Below the pieces are notes generated by a model. That model was not told the origin of the DNA and did not search any database. It was given only the letters and a program-made list of their open reading frames with translations. Below, piece after piece: positions 12,390-23,555 of a stretch of 64,000 nucleotides of DNA. The stretch comes from Eledone cirrhosa (taxonomy: Eukaryota): assembly GCA_964016885.1 (NCBI GenBank), contig OZ024745.1:100936001-101000000 (forward strand), in the 5' to 3' direction. The first letter of the stretch is position 1, and the number at the start of each line of letters is the position of its first letter. The position numbers were made by a program, and so were the translations under genes.

Positions 12390-12960
12390 GCATTACGTTA
12401 TGTATGTGTGAGCATTACGTTATATATGTGTGAGCATTACGTTATGTATATGTGAGCATTACGTTATATATGTGTGAGCATTACGTTATGTATGTATCGG
12501 CATTACGTTATATGTGTGTGAGCATTACGTTATACGAGGGCAATCCCAAAAGTAAGGTCTCCTTCCAATATTGCAACTTCCGATATTGCAACTTTTCCGT
12601 TAAAATCCTGTGGATGGTGCTTCGGGAAACCTCAGGCACCAAAATGCTGAGAACATCCAGAGTGATCCGCCGATCTTTACGCATGTTTTCCTCGGAAGGA
12701 GACCTTACTTTTGGAATTGCCCTCTATATAATAACTGCGCGAAATTCACATTTGGCGGTAGAGTTCAACGGGAGCTCCATTCTCAACGGCTGCCAAGCCA
12801 AGATTGAGCATCCCAGCGAAGCGCGCGCATGCTTGTTTGAGAGTGAAGGAAGCACCAATCACAACAGTGTTGCCAACAGCCGTACGAACAGTTTCTCTGC
12901 GTCCCCATTGCTTTGGAGACCTTACTTTTGGGATTACCCTCGTATATGTGTGAGCATTCT
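12390..12960. repeat. ~22 bp minisatellite (GAGCATTACGTTATATATGTGT) interrupted by a mariner insertion
   Basis: About 7 units before 12535, and the unit resumes after 12942. Confidence 0.85.
12535..12942 (-). mobile_element. Internally deleted and rearranged mariner (Tc1/mariner) element with three TIR copies
   Basis: 28 bp TIRs CGAGGGCAATCCCAAAAGTAAGGTCTCC / GGAGACCTTACTTTTGGGATTACCCTCG with TA on both sides. Extra TIR at 12698-12725. Minus-strand peptides MELPLNSTAKCEFRAVI and EENMRKDRRITLDVLS..VSRSTIHRILTEKLQYRK match mariner transposase HTH regions. Confidence 0.88.
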
Positions 12961-13864
12961 TTGTTATGAAGCAGGCTATTGTTTCAGTGTAAATATATTT
13001 ATTCAATTGCGGAATGTGAAAATATAAGAACAAATACGAATTCTCAAGGGGAATTTTCACAGTACTTTAGTTTTGCTGATGTCTACTGATTTATTAGTAT
13101 CCCTATCCAAGCAATAGTTTGGTAAATTTTCTATGCCGAGTACACGTATCCTGCTAATTCTCAACTAATTTCATTTGGATCAACTTTTATCATTTAGGCT
13201 CTTCAAATATCTACCAACTATTACAATTGATTGATTATAAGTAATAACTTATTGAAAATAGGTTTTCTGGATCAGTAAGAAGTTCAATGTTGACTGTATG
13301 ATTATAGGCTAAGGTATTCCATAATGATGGTGTGCATATTGTAGAATCGATAAATTATTAGTGCAGATTTTATCGGTTCATATCAATTATATATGTTCAA
13401 TTGTTTCGCAGTGTATTCGTCTTTTAATGACTCTTGAATATTTATATTACGACTACTACTTTTTAACTGTACGCAAAGCAATGGAGTGCTACACTGCTGT
13501 TGTACCGGCCCTGCCAAGGGACAGATATGAAGGATTACCGAACATGGCCTCATCAAAAATCAATTAACCTTTTAGAATTCACATTACTCTATATTTACTA
13601 TTGTATTTTCACAGAAAAGGCTTTACCTTACATAATTATCTCACATAATATTGAAAATAGTTTGATATTATTTATTATGAGAACAATACCTTAACATAAG
13701 TATGAGCAGCCGATTATGACTGGATTGAACAGAAAAAGGTGAGAGAATTCTGGCCATATACGGTCGGTTTAAATGCTAAAGAGTTAAACACCGGATTGTT
13801 AACGTCCACCATCCATTTTACATAACGAAGGCCTTAATTTCCTATTAGCGCCACTATTACTCAA

Positions 13865-14055
13865 TAATTGTTTCTACTTTTGGCACAAGGCCAACAATTA
13901 TCCCAGTGCATGACTGGTACTTTATGTTATCGACCCCGTAAGGATGAAAGGCAAAGTTAACCTCGGCGGGATTTGAACTCAGAATGGCAAGGGACGTAAC
14001 TCTATGCGTCAAAGCATGGCGTCCGACCCTCTGCCGATACTGTCAAGCCACTATT
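13865..14055 (-). mobile_element. tRNA-derived SINE (same family as 2434-2590)
   Basis: ATCGACCCCGTAAGGATGAAAGGCAAAGTTAACCTCGGCGGGATTTGAACTC; very similar to 56035-56222. Confidence 0.85.
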
Positions 14056-14749
14056 ACTCAATAATATTCACCCGAGTTAAAAAAGAAGCATTTCTGTGGT
14101 CATTTGCTCGGCAAGAAATGCAGTCAAATCTTCAAATACCATCCTACACTTTTCAGAAGGGTTAATTATTCAGAATAAAAGTATACCGGATACAATATGA
14201 CAAGAATGAAGACGGGTCAGTCATGACTCGAATGAAATTTCGACGCACAAGAATGTTTCTTTAAACACACGTGGATATCATCGAATGATAGACTTTATAT
14301 CTTCGTATGAAGCAGGTTAGAAATACATAATCACAAAAACTAACCAACATCATTTGCAGACACCCCAAAATACATAACTTTGCAGTGTAAATAAATAACA
14401 ACTCAACTACAAGGTTGGTGTATCAAGAAGGGTATACTTTTATTGTCAAGTGAAAGATTGCAGGCTCGTTTTAGAAGTATAAGTTCATATGGTTAATTCT
14501 CTCACGCCGATGATCCTAATTAACCATCGAACTTAACCATTTCAAAGGTGAAACTGGATTTCTGAAGGAGTTATATACGAGGGAGTAAATTAGTTATTTA
14601 ATGTCCGGTATGTTCCGTTTGATATTTTTGTTAAACTCACTATACTGTTCATCTGTAATTCTTGTTCTGACATTCTTTGCAAATTATCTCCTGTTTTAAG
14701 GTTTGATATATTTCTATATATGCCATTCACTTTTGTGAAAGTGTGTGTG

Positions 14750-15406
14750 TGTTTTTGGCCACCGCCGAAATACGATCTCGCTGAAATTATATTTGTATTA
14801 ATCTCCCGGGCCTAGCAATTAATTAGTTAATTAAATTAGACAATTCTATTGACTAATTAATTGCTTAAGTTTATTTTAAAAACAACCTGGTCGAGAGCTT
14901 ACTTCGGTTTGTGCAGTTTTTTGCAATTTTTGCAATACATTTACACATTTTGAATGCATCCGCCAAAAACCGAGGTTACCTCCCTTGCAGGGTAAACACG
15001 AGGGGTAGTCACTCCACCATTACTACTACATTCGAACCTGCTGGCCGGCTGAGAACAAAATACCTGTTGACGAAATGGCTGCCTTGTTCGATCGTTATAC
15101 CAAAAGCTTACATCGAAAGCAGGCAGTATAATTGATTTAGGTGTCACAGAAGCTTCCCACTTGATTCTACCAACAATTTCCAGGAGGTCCAGGTAAATTC
15201 TTTTGTTAACCTGTTTAGCTTGCTTCGTTTTTATTGGCTCCGGTGGCTGATGGCTTCACGACCACTGTTTTCATTTTGTCTGGCCTCTATAATGTATGTT
15301 AATTGCTCTGGTCTTCTTTTAGTCCATTGAGCGCTTGCCGCATATCTCGAAGATTGCGTTTCGATTTGTTTTTGGCCACCGCCGAAATACGATCTTGCTG
15401 AAATTA

Positions 15407-15411
<5 letters not shown>
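14750..15411. repeat. ~660 bp segment bounded by 45 bp direct repeats, unclassified element
   Basis: TGTTTTTGGCCACCGCCGAAATACGATCTYGCTGAAATTATATTT at 14750-14794 and 15367-15411, between (GT)n and (TA)n. Confidence 0.65.
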
Positions 15412-15460
<49 letters not shown>

Positions 15461-15486
15461 GTCTAGCTGGTTTTTACCACACCCTA

Positions 15487-15579
<93 letters not shown>

Positions 15580-15620
15580 TTCAAAATATTAACAAAAATA
15601 GACATTCGTGTGATCAAGTA

Positions 15621-15687
15621 TATTTTATTATACATATTTCAGAGGTACTGAGCTATCTTCAACAGTACGTCCTCATCAGATAAAACA
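15621..15687 (-). ncRNA. Minimal type I hammerhead ribozyme (family A-related)
   Basis: Minus strand reads TGTTTTAT CTGATGA GGACGTACTG-loop-CAGTACCTCT GAAA TATGTA TA ATAAAATA. Lies in a ~200 bp insert (15577-15780) within (TA)n. Confidence 0.85.
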
Positions 15688-16541
15688 AGATGATGCATGA
15701 CATACCCTGACTTAGTAGATGGTTAAGATTCAGTCATTGTACTCATTCTTTGATTTATTCATTGAACCTTGTTTAACCTTTATATATATATATATATAAA
15801 AGAATCAGTGTTGAGTTAGCTACAGATATATATAGCTTCGAAGAAGTAGTACATATATTGAGTACTTTATTACCCTTTTGTACGTACATCCACACATATA
15901 TGTATAAAGGAATATACTTTTCTTACAGACACACACAAATTCTATGCAAGTATACGCTAACATATACATAAAGAGAACTAAGTATACCACGTTAACAACA
16001 ACCTCAACTTAAAAAAAAAAACATTTAGTTGATATGACCATATCTCAAATGTGCCGCATTCTATGAGTAAAAGAAACGTTTCTCTTACCAGAACGATGGA
16101 ATAAAACAAACTTAGATCAACATCTGTATCAACAAAGCTGATAAAGAAGTTGATGAACTCTGCCACGTTATCAACAAATTTCGACTGTAGATGTAGTAAG
16201 GTTTTTTCGTGTGACTGGAAATGCCTATAATTATTAGATCCTGATAAAATAGCCAGAACAAGAATTAAGTAAAGTCAGTAAAGGTTTGTTGTTTCATCAT
16301 CACCAGCAAACACCTCAGATGTAAGATATTCCTCGTGGTTGGCTGTATGTGTAGTGCTACATAAAAGCCATTGTAACAAATGATAAGGATGTTTAGATAG
16401 GTACCGTATAAGATAAATCAATGTTTTGATTAACAGACGATAGAAGAAATCAAAGTTAAATGTGATTATACTGTGTTTGTAATAAAGTACTATTTAAGAC
16501 ATTTATACATACACACACACACACACATATATATATATACA

Positions 16542-16607
<66 letters not shown>

Positions 16608-17516
16608 TTTCTCTCTCCCTCTCCCTCTCACTTCCTCTCTCCCTCTCTCTCTCTCACTTTCTCTCTCTCACTCTCTCTCTCTCTCTCTGTATATATATAT
16701 ACATATATACATATATATATATATTAGACAGGAACAAAAAACAGAGAGGCAGTACAAATGGTAGTTTATTAGGTTCACGCTTTTTAATGTCAACTCTTGG
16801 CTTTCACCTCTCAAATTTACACACGTACATGTTTCTTTTGTGGACCAAACTGAGAACATAATCAATGCCATATTGTGTTAGAATTGTGCAGAATATGTTT
16901 GTTCATATATAAGGTTGCCAGGATTAGATTTCTGAACAATCGTTACTTTACAGTCATTAGCGTATGTTTATTTTGGGCTGATGCGCTTATGTTTTTGAAT
17001 AGCGCCAGAACATCCTTTACGAAGGTAAACTACATGAAAGTCGTGGTCGTAAAATCATATGAGACATTAAAAGAAGTGTTAATAGCATCACACAGTACAT
17101 CCAGGCAGAATCGTTCGCCCACATATTCCTGAGAGGGTCGTGGGGACAGACATCAAAGACTCCTTCCAAACTATGAATGATCGATTACAACTTCAAGGAA
17201 GATGTTAAATGAGAACATAGTCTTTATAATTATTAGTTTATTTCCCCGTCCAAAACACTGATTGAACGAAAGCACGATTCCGAATAGTATGAATACACGT
17301 ACACACGTATGTACGTATCATCTATATGTTGGACCTCCGTCGTTTTTGATGAAGTTTGTTCTAGTTAATTTATCAATGAAACTGCCTGCTCGTGAAATTA
17401 GCGAGTAAGTGGCTGGCTGAGCAAACTACAAAAAAAATGCATCCTTTACGTTGACACAATGCGTGAAAAGGCTCATCTATCTATCTATATATCTATCTAT
17501 CTATCTATCTATCTAT

Positions 17517-18046
17517 AAAGCCGATTCGATTGACCGCCGAGTCCGTGATGACAATCAAGCCGCCTCCCCTCTTCACAAAGGAAGCAAAGGCGGTTTTTCT
17601 GTGCGTAATAGCCATGTTGAAAGAGGTTGTTTGGTGGACACGATTGAAAGGTCTGAGGTCAGGCAACTTCCTCTCTGGCCATAGTCTGGTCTACTTCTTC
17701 CGATATCATTTCGGAAGAAGGATAAGAATGGAGAGAGAGGTGCTTGGCCACAGGCAGTTTTATGAAAGGTGGGTGATAGTGGCGAGAATGGCTCGTGTAA
17801 ATGGGCCTTCTCTGTATACCATCCTGTAGGTAAAGAAGTGAAGGAGAGGGGAGCACCTTCTCCATGTGCTCCCCGGGCAAAGGATTGCACACTTTTTCGG
17901 GGGGGGGGGTGCAACCCCCATCACGTCCCCTCCCTTTTGAGGTTGTTTTCGATTATTTTCATTTTATACCCTTTTTACTCGATTTTATGTAAACTCCCCC
18001 TTTGTATTTGTCCCTTCTTTTTATGCCTTTATGGTAAATAAAGAAA
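17517..18046 (+). mobile_element. 5'-truncated L1/Tx1-like LINE 3' end inserted in a (TCTA)n microsatellite
   Basis: ORF end ..AMLKEVVWWTRLK...FFRYH..RIRMERE....FYERW resembles the Tx1/L1 C-terminus; T-rich 3' UTR with AATAAA; (TCTA)n on both sides. Confidence 0.6.
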
Positions 18047-18072
18047 TCTATCTATCTATCTATCTCTCTCTC

Positions 18073-18137
<65 letters not shown>

Positions 18138-18959
18138 CTGTACACACACACTCAAATATATATACACGTGTGTGTGTGTTTGTTCCTGATATATTGAAGT
18201 ATAATGTTGAAAATATATATATCTAGTCTTCTACTAAAGAAAATCAGAAATAATATACTTGACACAAATGTAACGAGTTATAAACAGAAACGGGGAGTGG
18301 ATTCCTGGAGGTGGCTTCACTGAAAATAACTGAATGAAACAAATACCACAATCAATTAAAAGGCTATAATAGATGGAGCATCCCTTTCGCACTTTCTAAA
18401 AGGTTTGCTCTAAGTGAGAATGTATCATACTTTCCTAACAAAAGTCAAAGTTGATTTAGTTGATAAAATTCGGATCCACTTTTGTTGATATTCGATACGA
18501 TATAGCAGTTGATTTGCGAGAATTTTAAGATAGCGCGGGGTGTGCCTAGCTTTGTCGTAGATATAAAACGAGGAAGAGAATTTTGAAGTTATGAAGTCTT
18601 ATATTAGTTGAAAATATGATAGCCTTTTAGTTTTTGTGACTCTGTGGCATATCATATTATACCGATGTTAACAGAAAAAAAATCCATTTATAATAGCTAT
18701 TTAAAATGATTTTGCTGAAAGAATAGGGCAACACATGGGGCCTTTTCAGCTCCCCTTCCCTGACTATAGATGCCAATGTTGTTCATGATTAACTTGAACG
18801 TAAGGGTCAGCGATTGTAAGAAACATTCGTGTGTAAGAAATTACAGAGAGCTGCAATTCTGATGTGGAAACAACTGGCCAAAGTATTTAGTACACAGGTT
18901 GGAGAATGTACTACAGTAAATCTGACAAGAAGAGAGGGTGGTGTTATCTCGGAATAAAG

Positions 18960-19359
18960 ATCCTTTCCAGTAGCGCTACATGTCAAAGAGATAAGAAACT
19001 GTGAAAGTTCTAGTAGGTATTATGGCATGTGGTTAGAATGTCTCAGGAAAGAATCGCTGGACAGATTTTTACGGGCAAAACCAGCCGGCAAGAGACCCAG
19101 GAGTAGACTCCGAGCAAGATGGTTGGGTAACACGCATGAACTTAGCTGGTCACGCTTGGGGATCCAACCGGATCAGTTGGAGGCGGTTGCTTCTGATAGG
19201 ACCCGCTGGAAGGACTGTTTGAGGATTCTGCCCCTACGACCCTCTCAGAAATAAGTGAGCAAAGAAGAAGAAGAAGAAGAAGAAGAAGAAGAAGAAGAAG
19301 AAGAAGAAGAAGAAGAAGAAGAAGAAGAAGAAGAAGAAGAAGAAGAAGAAGAAGAAGAA
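18960..19359 (+). mobile_element. RTE-clade (Expander/Rex3-like) LINE 3' end with (GAA)n tail
   Basis: GKRPRSRLRARW....LSWSRLGIQPDQLEAVASDRTRW...LPLRP* is a typical RTE C-terminus; followed by about 32 GAA units. Confidence 0.75.
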
Positions 19360-19472
19360 TGGCGAATGTATGGTTACATAGCCATCTGTGGATTCGCCGT
19401 TCCACTTGGCCCTTCGAATCCACAGATAAGAGTGTTTAAATATCGAACATAAACAGTTCGAATAACGGTGAA

Positions 19473-21686
19473 ATGGAGACTAGAACGTCATGTGACAGAC
19501 TCTCACCCAACAGGTGCCCCCTGGCTCAGCAGCAGGAACCTGACTGTCAACCAAATACTGCTGATGTTGGAGGAAGAAGAAGAAGGAAAGGGGCCAGAAC
19601 CAACTGGACGAAAGAATTGAATAGAACTGTTATGCAATGTTACCTGAAAAGTAACCCCAAGGAGAGGGGCTACAGGAGACGGATGCATAACATCTGGAAC
19701 GAGATTGGTCTATTTAAATTAGATGAACAAAAATTGGCCGGGCAGGCTCGGGTAATAAGAACTAATGGGTGGATAAGCGAGCTGGAACTGGAGGAACTGA
19801 GCAGAGAGAATGGCTTGGAGATGGCGGGTGTAGTATGCCAGACAAGCGAGCCAGTGGGAAATGAAGGTGAAGAGGTCCTGAGAACGGAGGAACCACCCGA
19901 AGCAGACAATGATCTGAATACTGAGATAAATAATACCTGGAACAGAGATACGGCCACTGAGGAGATGAATGCTGACGGGCTAGGACAAGATTCGGTTGAC
20001 ATCCTAAATTTAGTGGTAGATGAATTGAACAATGATAGTGGGAGACCTATGAACCTAAGATTTGTAGACAGGAAAAAGTTAAAAGAAACAACAGCTAAGG
20101 TAAACAAAGTCATCCCATACCTTGAGGCGAGGAGCCTTCACCAGTGCAACAATATCCTCAAAGCAACAGCAAATACGGTGAGGAAACTACTTGGTATAAA
20201 AGCGAGAGGAAACAACAGACAAGAAAGAGCAGAGCCGTGGTGGAAGAAACGACTGAGTGGTCAAATCGGGGAAATGAGAAATGACATAGGAAAGCTTGAG
20301 TCACTACTGAATGGGACACTAAAAAACATAGGCACTAAAAATAGACTGGAAATAAAGTACAAAACTAGGAGGAAAAAGCTAAATATTATCATAGAGGAAC
20401 TGAAGCAACGCATTGTAGCAAAGAGTGCAAAAATCAGGCGATACGAGAACAGAGTCAGTCAGTATAAACAGAACCGCATGTTCGACAACAACCAGAAGAT
20501 GCTGTTTGGACAGCTTGAGGGGAAAGAAAGAGGCAACGACTTGATCCCTGGGGCGGAGCAAACTAAAACATTCTGGAGAGGAATATGGGAGCAGGATGTT
20601 AGACATAATGTCCAGGCAGGGTGGATTGAGACAGTACAGAGGGAGTTCGGTGAGCAGGCACACCAACAAACTGATTTGAGTATCACAGTTGAAACTCTTA
20701 AGGGGCAGGCCAAAAAACTAACCAACTGGAAATCACCAGGCCCAGATGGTGTGCAGGGGTATTGGATTAAAAATTTAACATCCCTCCACCCGAAGCTGAC
20801 GGCCATGTTCAATGACTGCTTGGTGTCGGGTGAGGTGCCAGAGTGGTTGACAAAAGGTACCACAGTTCTGATAATGAAAGACCGAATCAAGGGTAATGAT
20901 GTTACCAACTATAGACCTATCACATGTCTGTCCGTAATGTGGAAACTGTTGACGAGCATTGTGTCTGAGGAAATCTACCATCACCTCCACACAAACAACT
21001 TGTTACCGGACGAACAGAAAGGATGCCGAAAGAAGTCACGTGGTACAAAGGACCAGTTACTTATTGATAAGATGGTAATGGGGAATTGCAGGAGGAGACA
21101 CACTGATCTTGCCATGGGATGGATAGACTACAGAAAGGCATTTGACATGGTGCCTCATTCTTGGATCACCAAAAGCCTGGAGATCTTCGGGGTGGCAGAT
21201 AACATCAGACAGTTGCTGGGCAGGAGTATGGGGTCCTGGGAGACAGAGTTGACATCAACTGGAGTATCCTTGGGAAGCGTGAAGATCAAGGGAGGTATCT
21301 TCCAGGGACATAGCCTGTCCCCTCTGTTGTTTGTCCTTGCCCTGATGCCCTTGACCATTATGCTGCGAAAAGTGAGAGCAGGATACAAGTTGGGAAAGGG
21401 AGAGCTTACCATCAATCACCTCCTCTTCATGGACGATCTTAAGCTCTTCGGGAAAAGTGAGAAGGAGTTGGATGTGCTTATTGACACTCTCCGTATTTTC
21501 AGCAGTGATATATGTATGCAGTTTGGTATTAGTAAATGTGGAGTCATTGTGATGAGGAGGGGTAGGTTGAGCAGAAGTAACGGGATCCAGATACCAACAG
21601 GTGAGATGATAAAGGAAATTGACTCTGAGGAAGGATACAAGTATTTGGGCGTTCTGGAGGCTGATGGCATAAAGAACAAAAAATGA
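19473..21686 (+). CDS. R4/Dong ORF, N-terminal part with reverse transcriptase
   Basis: 737 aa; KSPGPDG, YRPITCL, EQKG, WIDYRKAFDMVPH, GIFQGHSLSP, HLLFMDDLKL, YKYLG. Ends at an A-run frameshift. Confidence 0.92.
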   Translation: METRTSCDRLSPNRCPLAQQQEPDCQPNTADVGGRRRRKGARTNWTKELNRTVMQCYLKSNPKERGYRRRMHNIWNEIGLFKLDEQKLAGQARVIRTNGWISELELEELSRENGLEMAGVVCQTSEPVGNEGEEVLRTEEPPEADNDLNTEINNTWNRDTATEEMNADGLGQDSVDILNLVVDELNNDSGRPMNLRFVDRKKLKETTAKVNKVIPYLEARSLHQCNNILKATANTVRKLLGIKARGNNRQERAEPWWKKRLSGQIGEMRNDIGKLESLLNGTLKNIGTKNRLEIKYKTRRKKLNIIIEELKQRIVAKSAKIRRYENRVSQYKQNRMFDNNQKMLFGQLEGKERGNDLIPGAEQTKTFWRGIWEQDVRHNVQAGWIETVQREFGEQAHQQTDLSITVETLKGQAKKLTNWKSPGPDGVQGYWIKNLTSLHPKLTAMFNDCLVSGEVPEWLTKGTTVLIMKDRIKGNDVTNYRPITCLSVMWKLLTSIVSEEIYHHLHTNNLLPDEQKGCRKKSRGTKDQLLIDKMVMGNCRRRHTDLAMGWIDYRKAFDMVPHSWITKSLEIFGVADNIRQLLGRSMGSWETELTSTGVSLGSVKIKGGIFQGHSLSPLLFVLALMPLTIMLRKVRAGYKLGKGELTINHLLFMDDLKLFGKSEKELDVLIDTLRIFSSDICMQFGISKCGVIVMRRGRLSRSNGIQIPTGEMIKEIDSEEGYKYLGVLEADGIKNKK

Positions 21687-22864
21687 AGGAATTGTTAAGA
21701 ACTGAATACATTCGGAGAGTAGGGAGCGTGTTGAAGTCACATCTGAACAGCAGAAATGCCATAAGCGCAGTAAATTCCCGAGCTGTGTCTATTATTAGGT
21801 ACAGTGCGGGAATTTTGAGATGGAATGTTGCTGAACAAAAAGAAATGGATAGGAAGACTAGGAAGCTATTGACTATCTACAACATGTTCCACAAGAGGAG
21901 TGATGTCGATAGACTCTACCTAAGGAGATCTGAGGGTGGAAGAGGTCTTATCAGCATAGAGGACTGTGTTCAGATGGAGAAAAACAACCTATACAAATAC
22001 GTGACCTATAGTAAGGAGCCAATGCTCAGAACTGTACTGAAGGAGGGGACAGTAGGCCAGGGGATGTCCAAGGAGGAAATAACATCAAGGAGGAAGAGCA
22101 GCCTTAAGGGAAAATCCCTTCATAGTACCTTCTTTGAGAAAACTGAATTTAGAGATCCACAGACATGGAACTGGTTGAGAAGAGGAGACCCTAAAAAGGC
22201 TACAGAAGGAATGTTAATGGCTGCGCAGGAGCAGGCCCTCAAAACGAAGTGGTTGAAGCACCATATTTACAAGGAGGAGGCTAGCCCACTGTGCAGGATC
22301 TGTGGAGAGAGAGAGGAGACTGTGGCTCACATTGTGTCCGAGTGTAAACACCTAGCCCAGACCCACTATAAGGGCTGGAGACACGATGTGATGGGCAGGG
22401 TGATCCACTGGCACCTGTGCAAAGTAAACAATTTACCACATTCTGAGAAATGGTATGAGCATAGGCCAGAGGCGGTGATGGAGAACAATCAGGTGAAGGT
22501 GCTGTGGGATTTTAGGATACAGACGGACAAAAAACTGGAACACAATAGACCTGACCTGGTGGTTGTGGATAAAGAAAAAAGATCGTGTCTGATTGTGGAT
22601 GTGGCCTGCCCTTTCGACACGAGAGTGCAAGAGAAGGAGAGGGAGAAAATTAACCGATACCAGGACCTAAAGTGGGAGGTGAAAAGGATTTGGAACTGCC
22701 ATGAAGTCAAAGTGATCCCGATTGTCATAGGCGCACTGGGGACTATCTCCAAAAGTTTCCAGGGATGGTTAAAGAAAATCGGCCCCTTCACGCTTTTTGG
22801 AACGCTTCAAAAGGCATGCTTGCTGGGAACAGCAAGAACCCTCCGATACGTCCTGAATATCTGA
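21683..22864 (+). CDS. R4/Dong ORF, C-terminal part: thumb, CCHC zinc knuckle, restriction-like endonuclease
   Basis: 393 aa; GGRGL, CRIC..ETVAHIVSEC, RHD, RPDLVVVD..IVDVACP..EK..RY..L. Joins the upstream ORF if one A is added near 21677-21683. Confidence 0.92.
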   Translation: MKELLRTEYIRRVGSVLKSHLNSRNAISAVNSRAVSIIRYSAGILRWNVAEQKEMDRKTRKLLTIYNMFHKRSDVDRLYLRRSEGGRGLISIEDCVQMEKNNLYKYVTYSKEPMLRTVLKEGTVGQGMSKEEITSRRKSSLKGKSLHSTFFEKTEFRDPQTWNWLRRGDPKKATEGMLMAAQEQALKTKWLKHHIYKEEASPLCRICGEREETVAHIVSECKHLAQTHYKGWRHDVMGRVIHWHLCKVNNLPHSEKWYEHRPEAVMENNQVKVLWDFRIQTDKKLEHNRPDLVVVDKEKRSCLIVDVACPFDTRVQEKEREKINRYQDLKWEVKRIWNCHEVKVIPIVIGALGTISKSFQGWLKKIGPFTLFGTLQKACLLGTARTLRYVLNI

Positions 22865-22947
22865 GGCTTCAGGTAGTGGCTTGATATTCATTCCAACGGA
22901 CTTTCCAGTTAACCAACATCAATGACTGAGATTCAAGGAATAACAAC

Positions 22948-22988
<41 letters not shown>

Positions 22989-23522
22989 GTGCAAAGTAAA
23001 CAATCTACCACATTCTGAGAAATGGTAAGATCATAGGCCAGAGGCGGTGATGGAGAACAGTCAGGTGAAGGTGCTGTGGGATTTTAGGATACAGACGGAC
23101 AAAAAACTGGAACACAATAGACCTGACCTGGTGGTTGTGGACAAAGAAAAAAGATCGTGCCTGATTGTGGATGTGGCCTGCCCGTTCGACACGAGAGTGC
23201 AAGAGAAGGAGAGGGAGAAAATTAACCGATACCAGGACCTAAAGTGGGAGGTGAAAAGGATTTGGAACTGCCATGAAGTCAAAGTGATCCCGATTGTCAT
23301 AGGCGCACTGGGGACTATCTCCAAAGGTTTCCAGGGATGGTTAAAGAAAATCGGCCCCTTCACGCTTTTTGGAACGCTTCAAAAGGCATGCTTGCTTGGA
23401 ACAGCAAGAACCCTCCGATACGTCCTGAATATCTGAGGCTGCAGGTAGTGGCTTGATATTCAATCCAACGGACTTTCCAGTTAACCAACATCAATGACTG
23501 AGATTCAAGGAATAACAATAAC

Positions 23523-23555
<33 letters not shown>
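22989..23555 (+). mobile_element. Second, 5'-truncated tandem copy of the R4/Dong element
   Basis: Near-identical to 22417-22988 (RLE domain, 3' UTR, (TAA)n); begins directly after the first copy's TAA tail. Confidence 0.92.

Larger units (their letters stand above)
19361..22988 (+). mobile_element. R4/Dong-clade non-LTR retrotransposon, near full length, (TAA)n tail
   Basis: Short 5' UTR; RT-CCHC-RLE coding region split by one frameshift; short 3' UTR with hairpin TGAATATC..GATATTCA; (TAA)n tail. Confidence 0.9.

Noticed and set aside
19503-22791. Minus-strand ORFs inside the R4/Dong element
   Set aside because: Antisense shadows of the RT/RLE coding frame.
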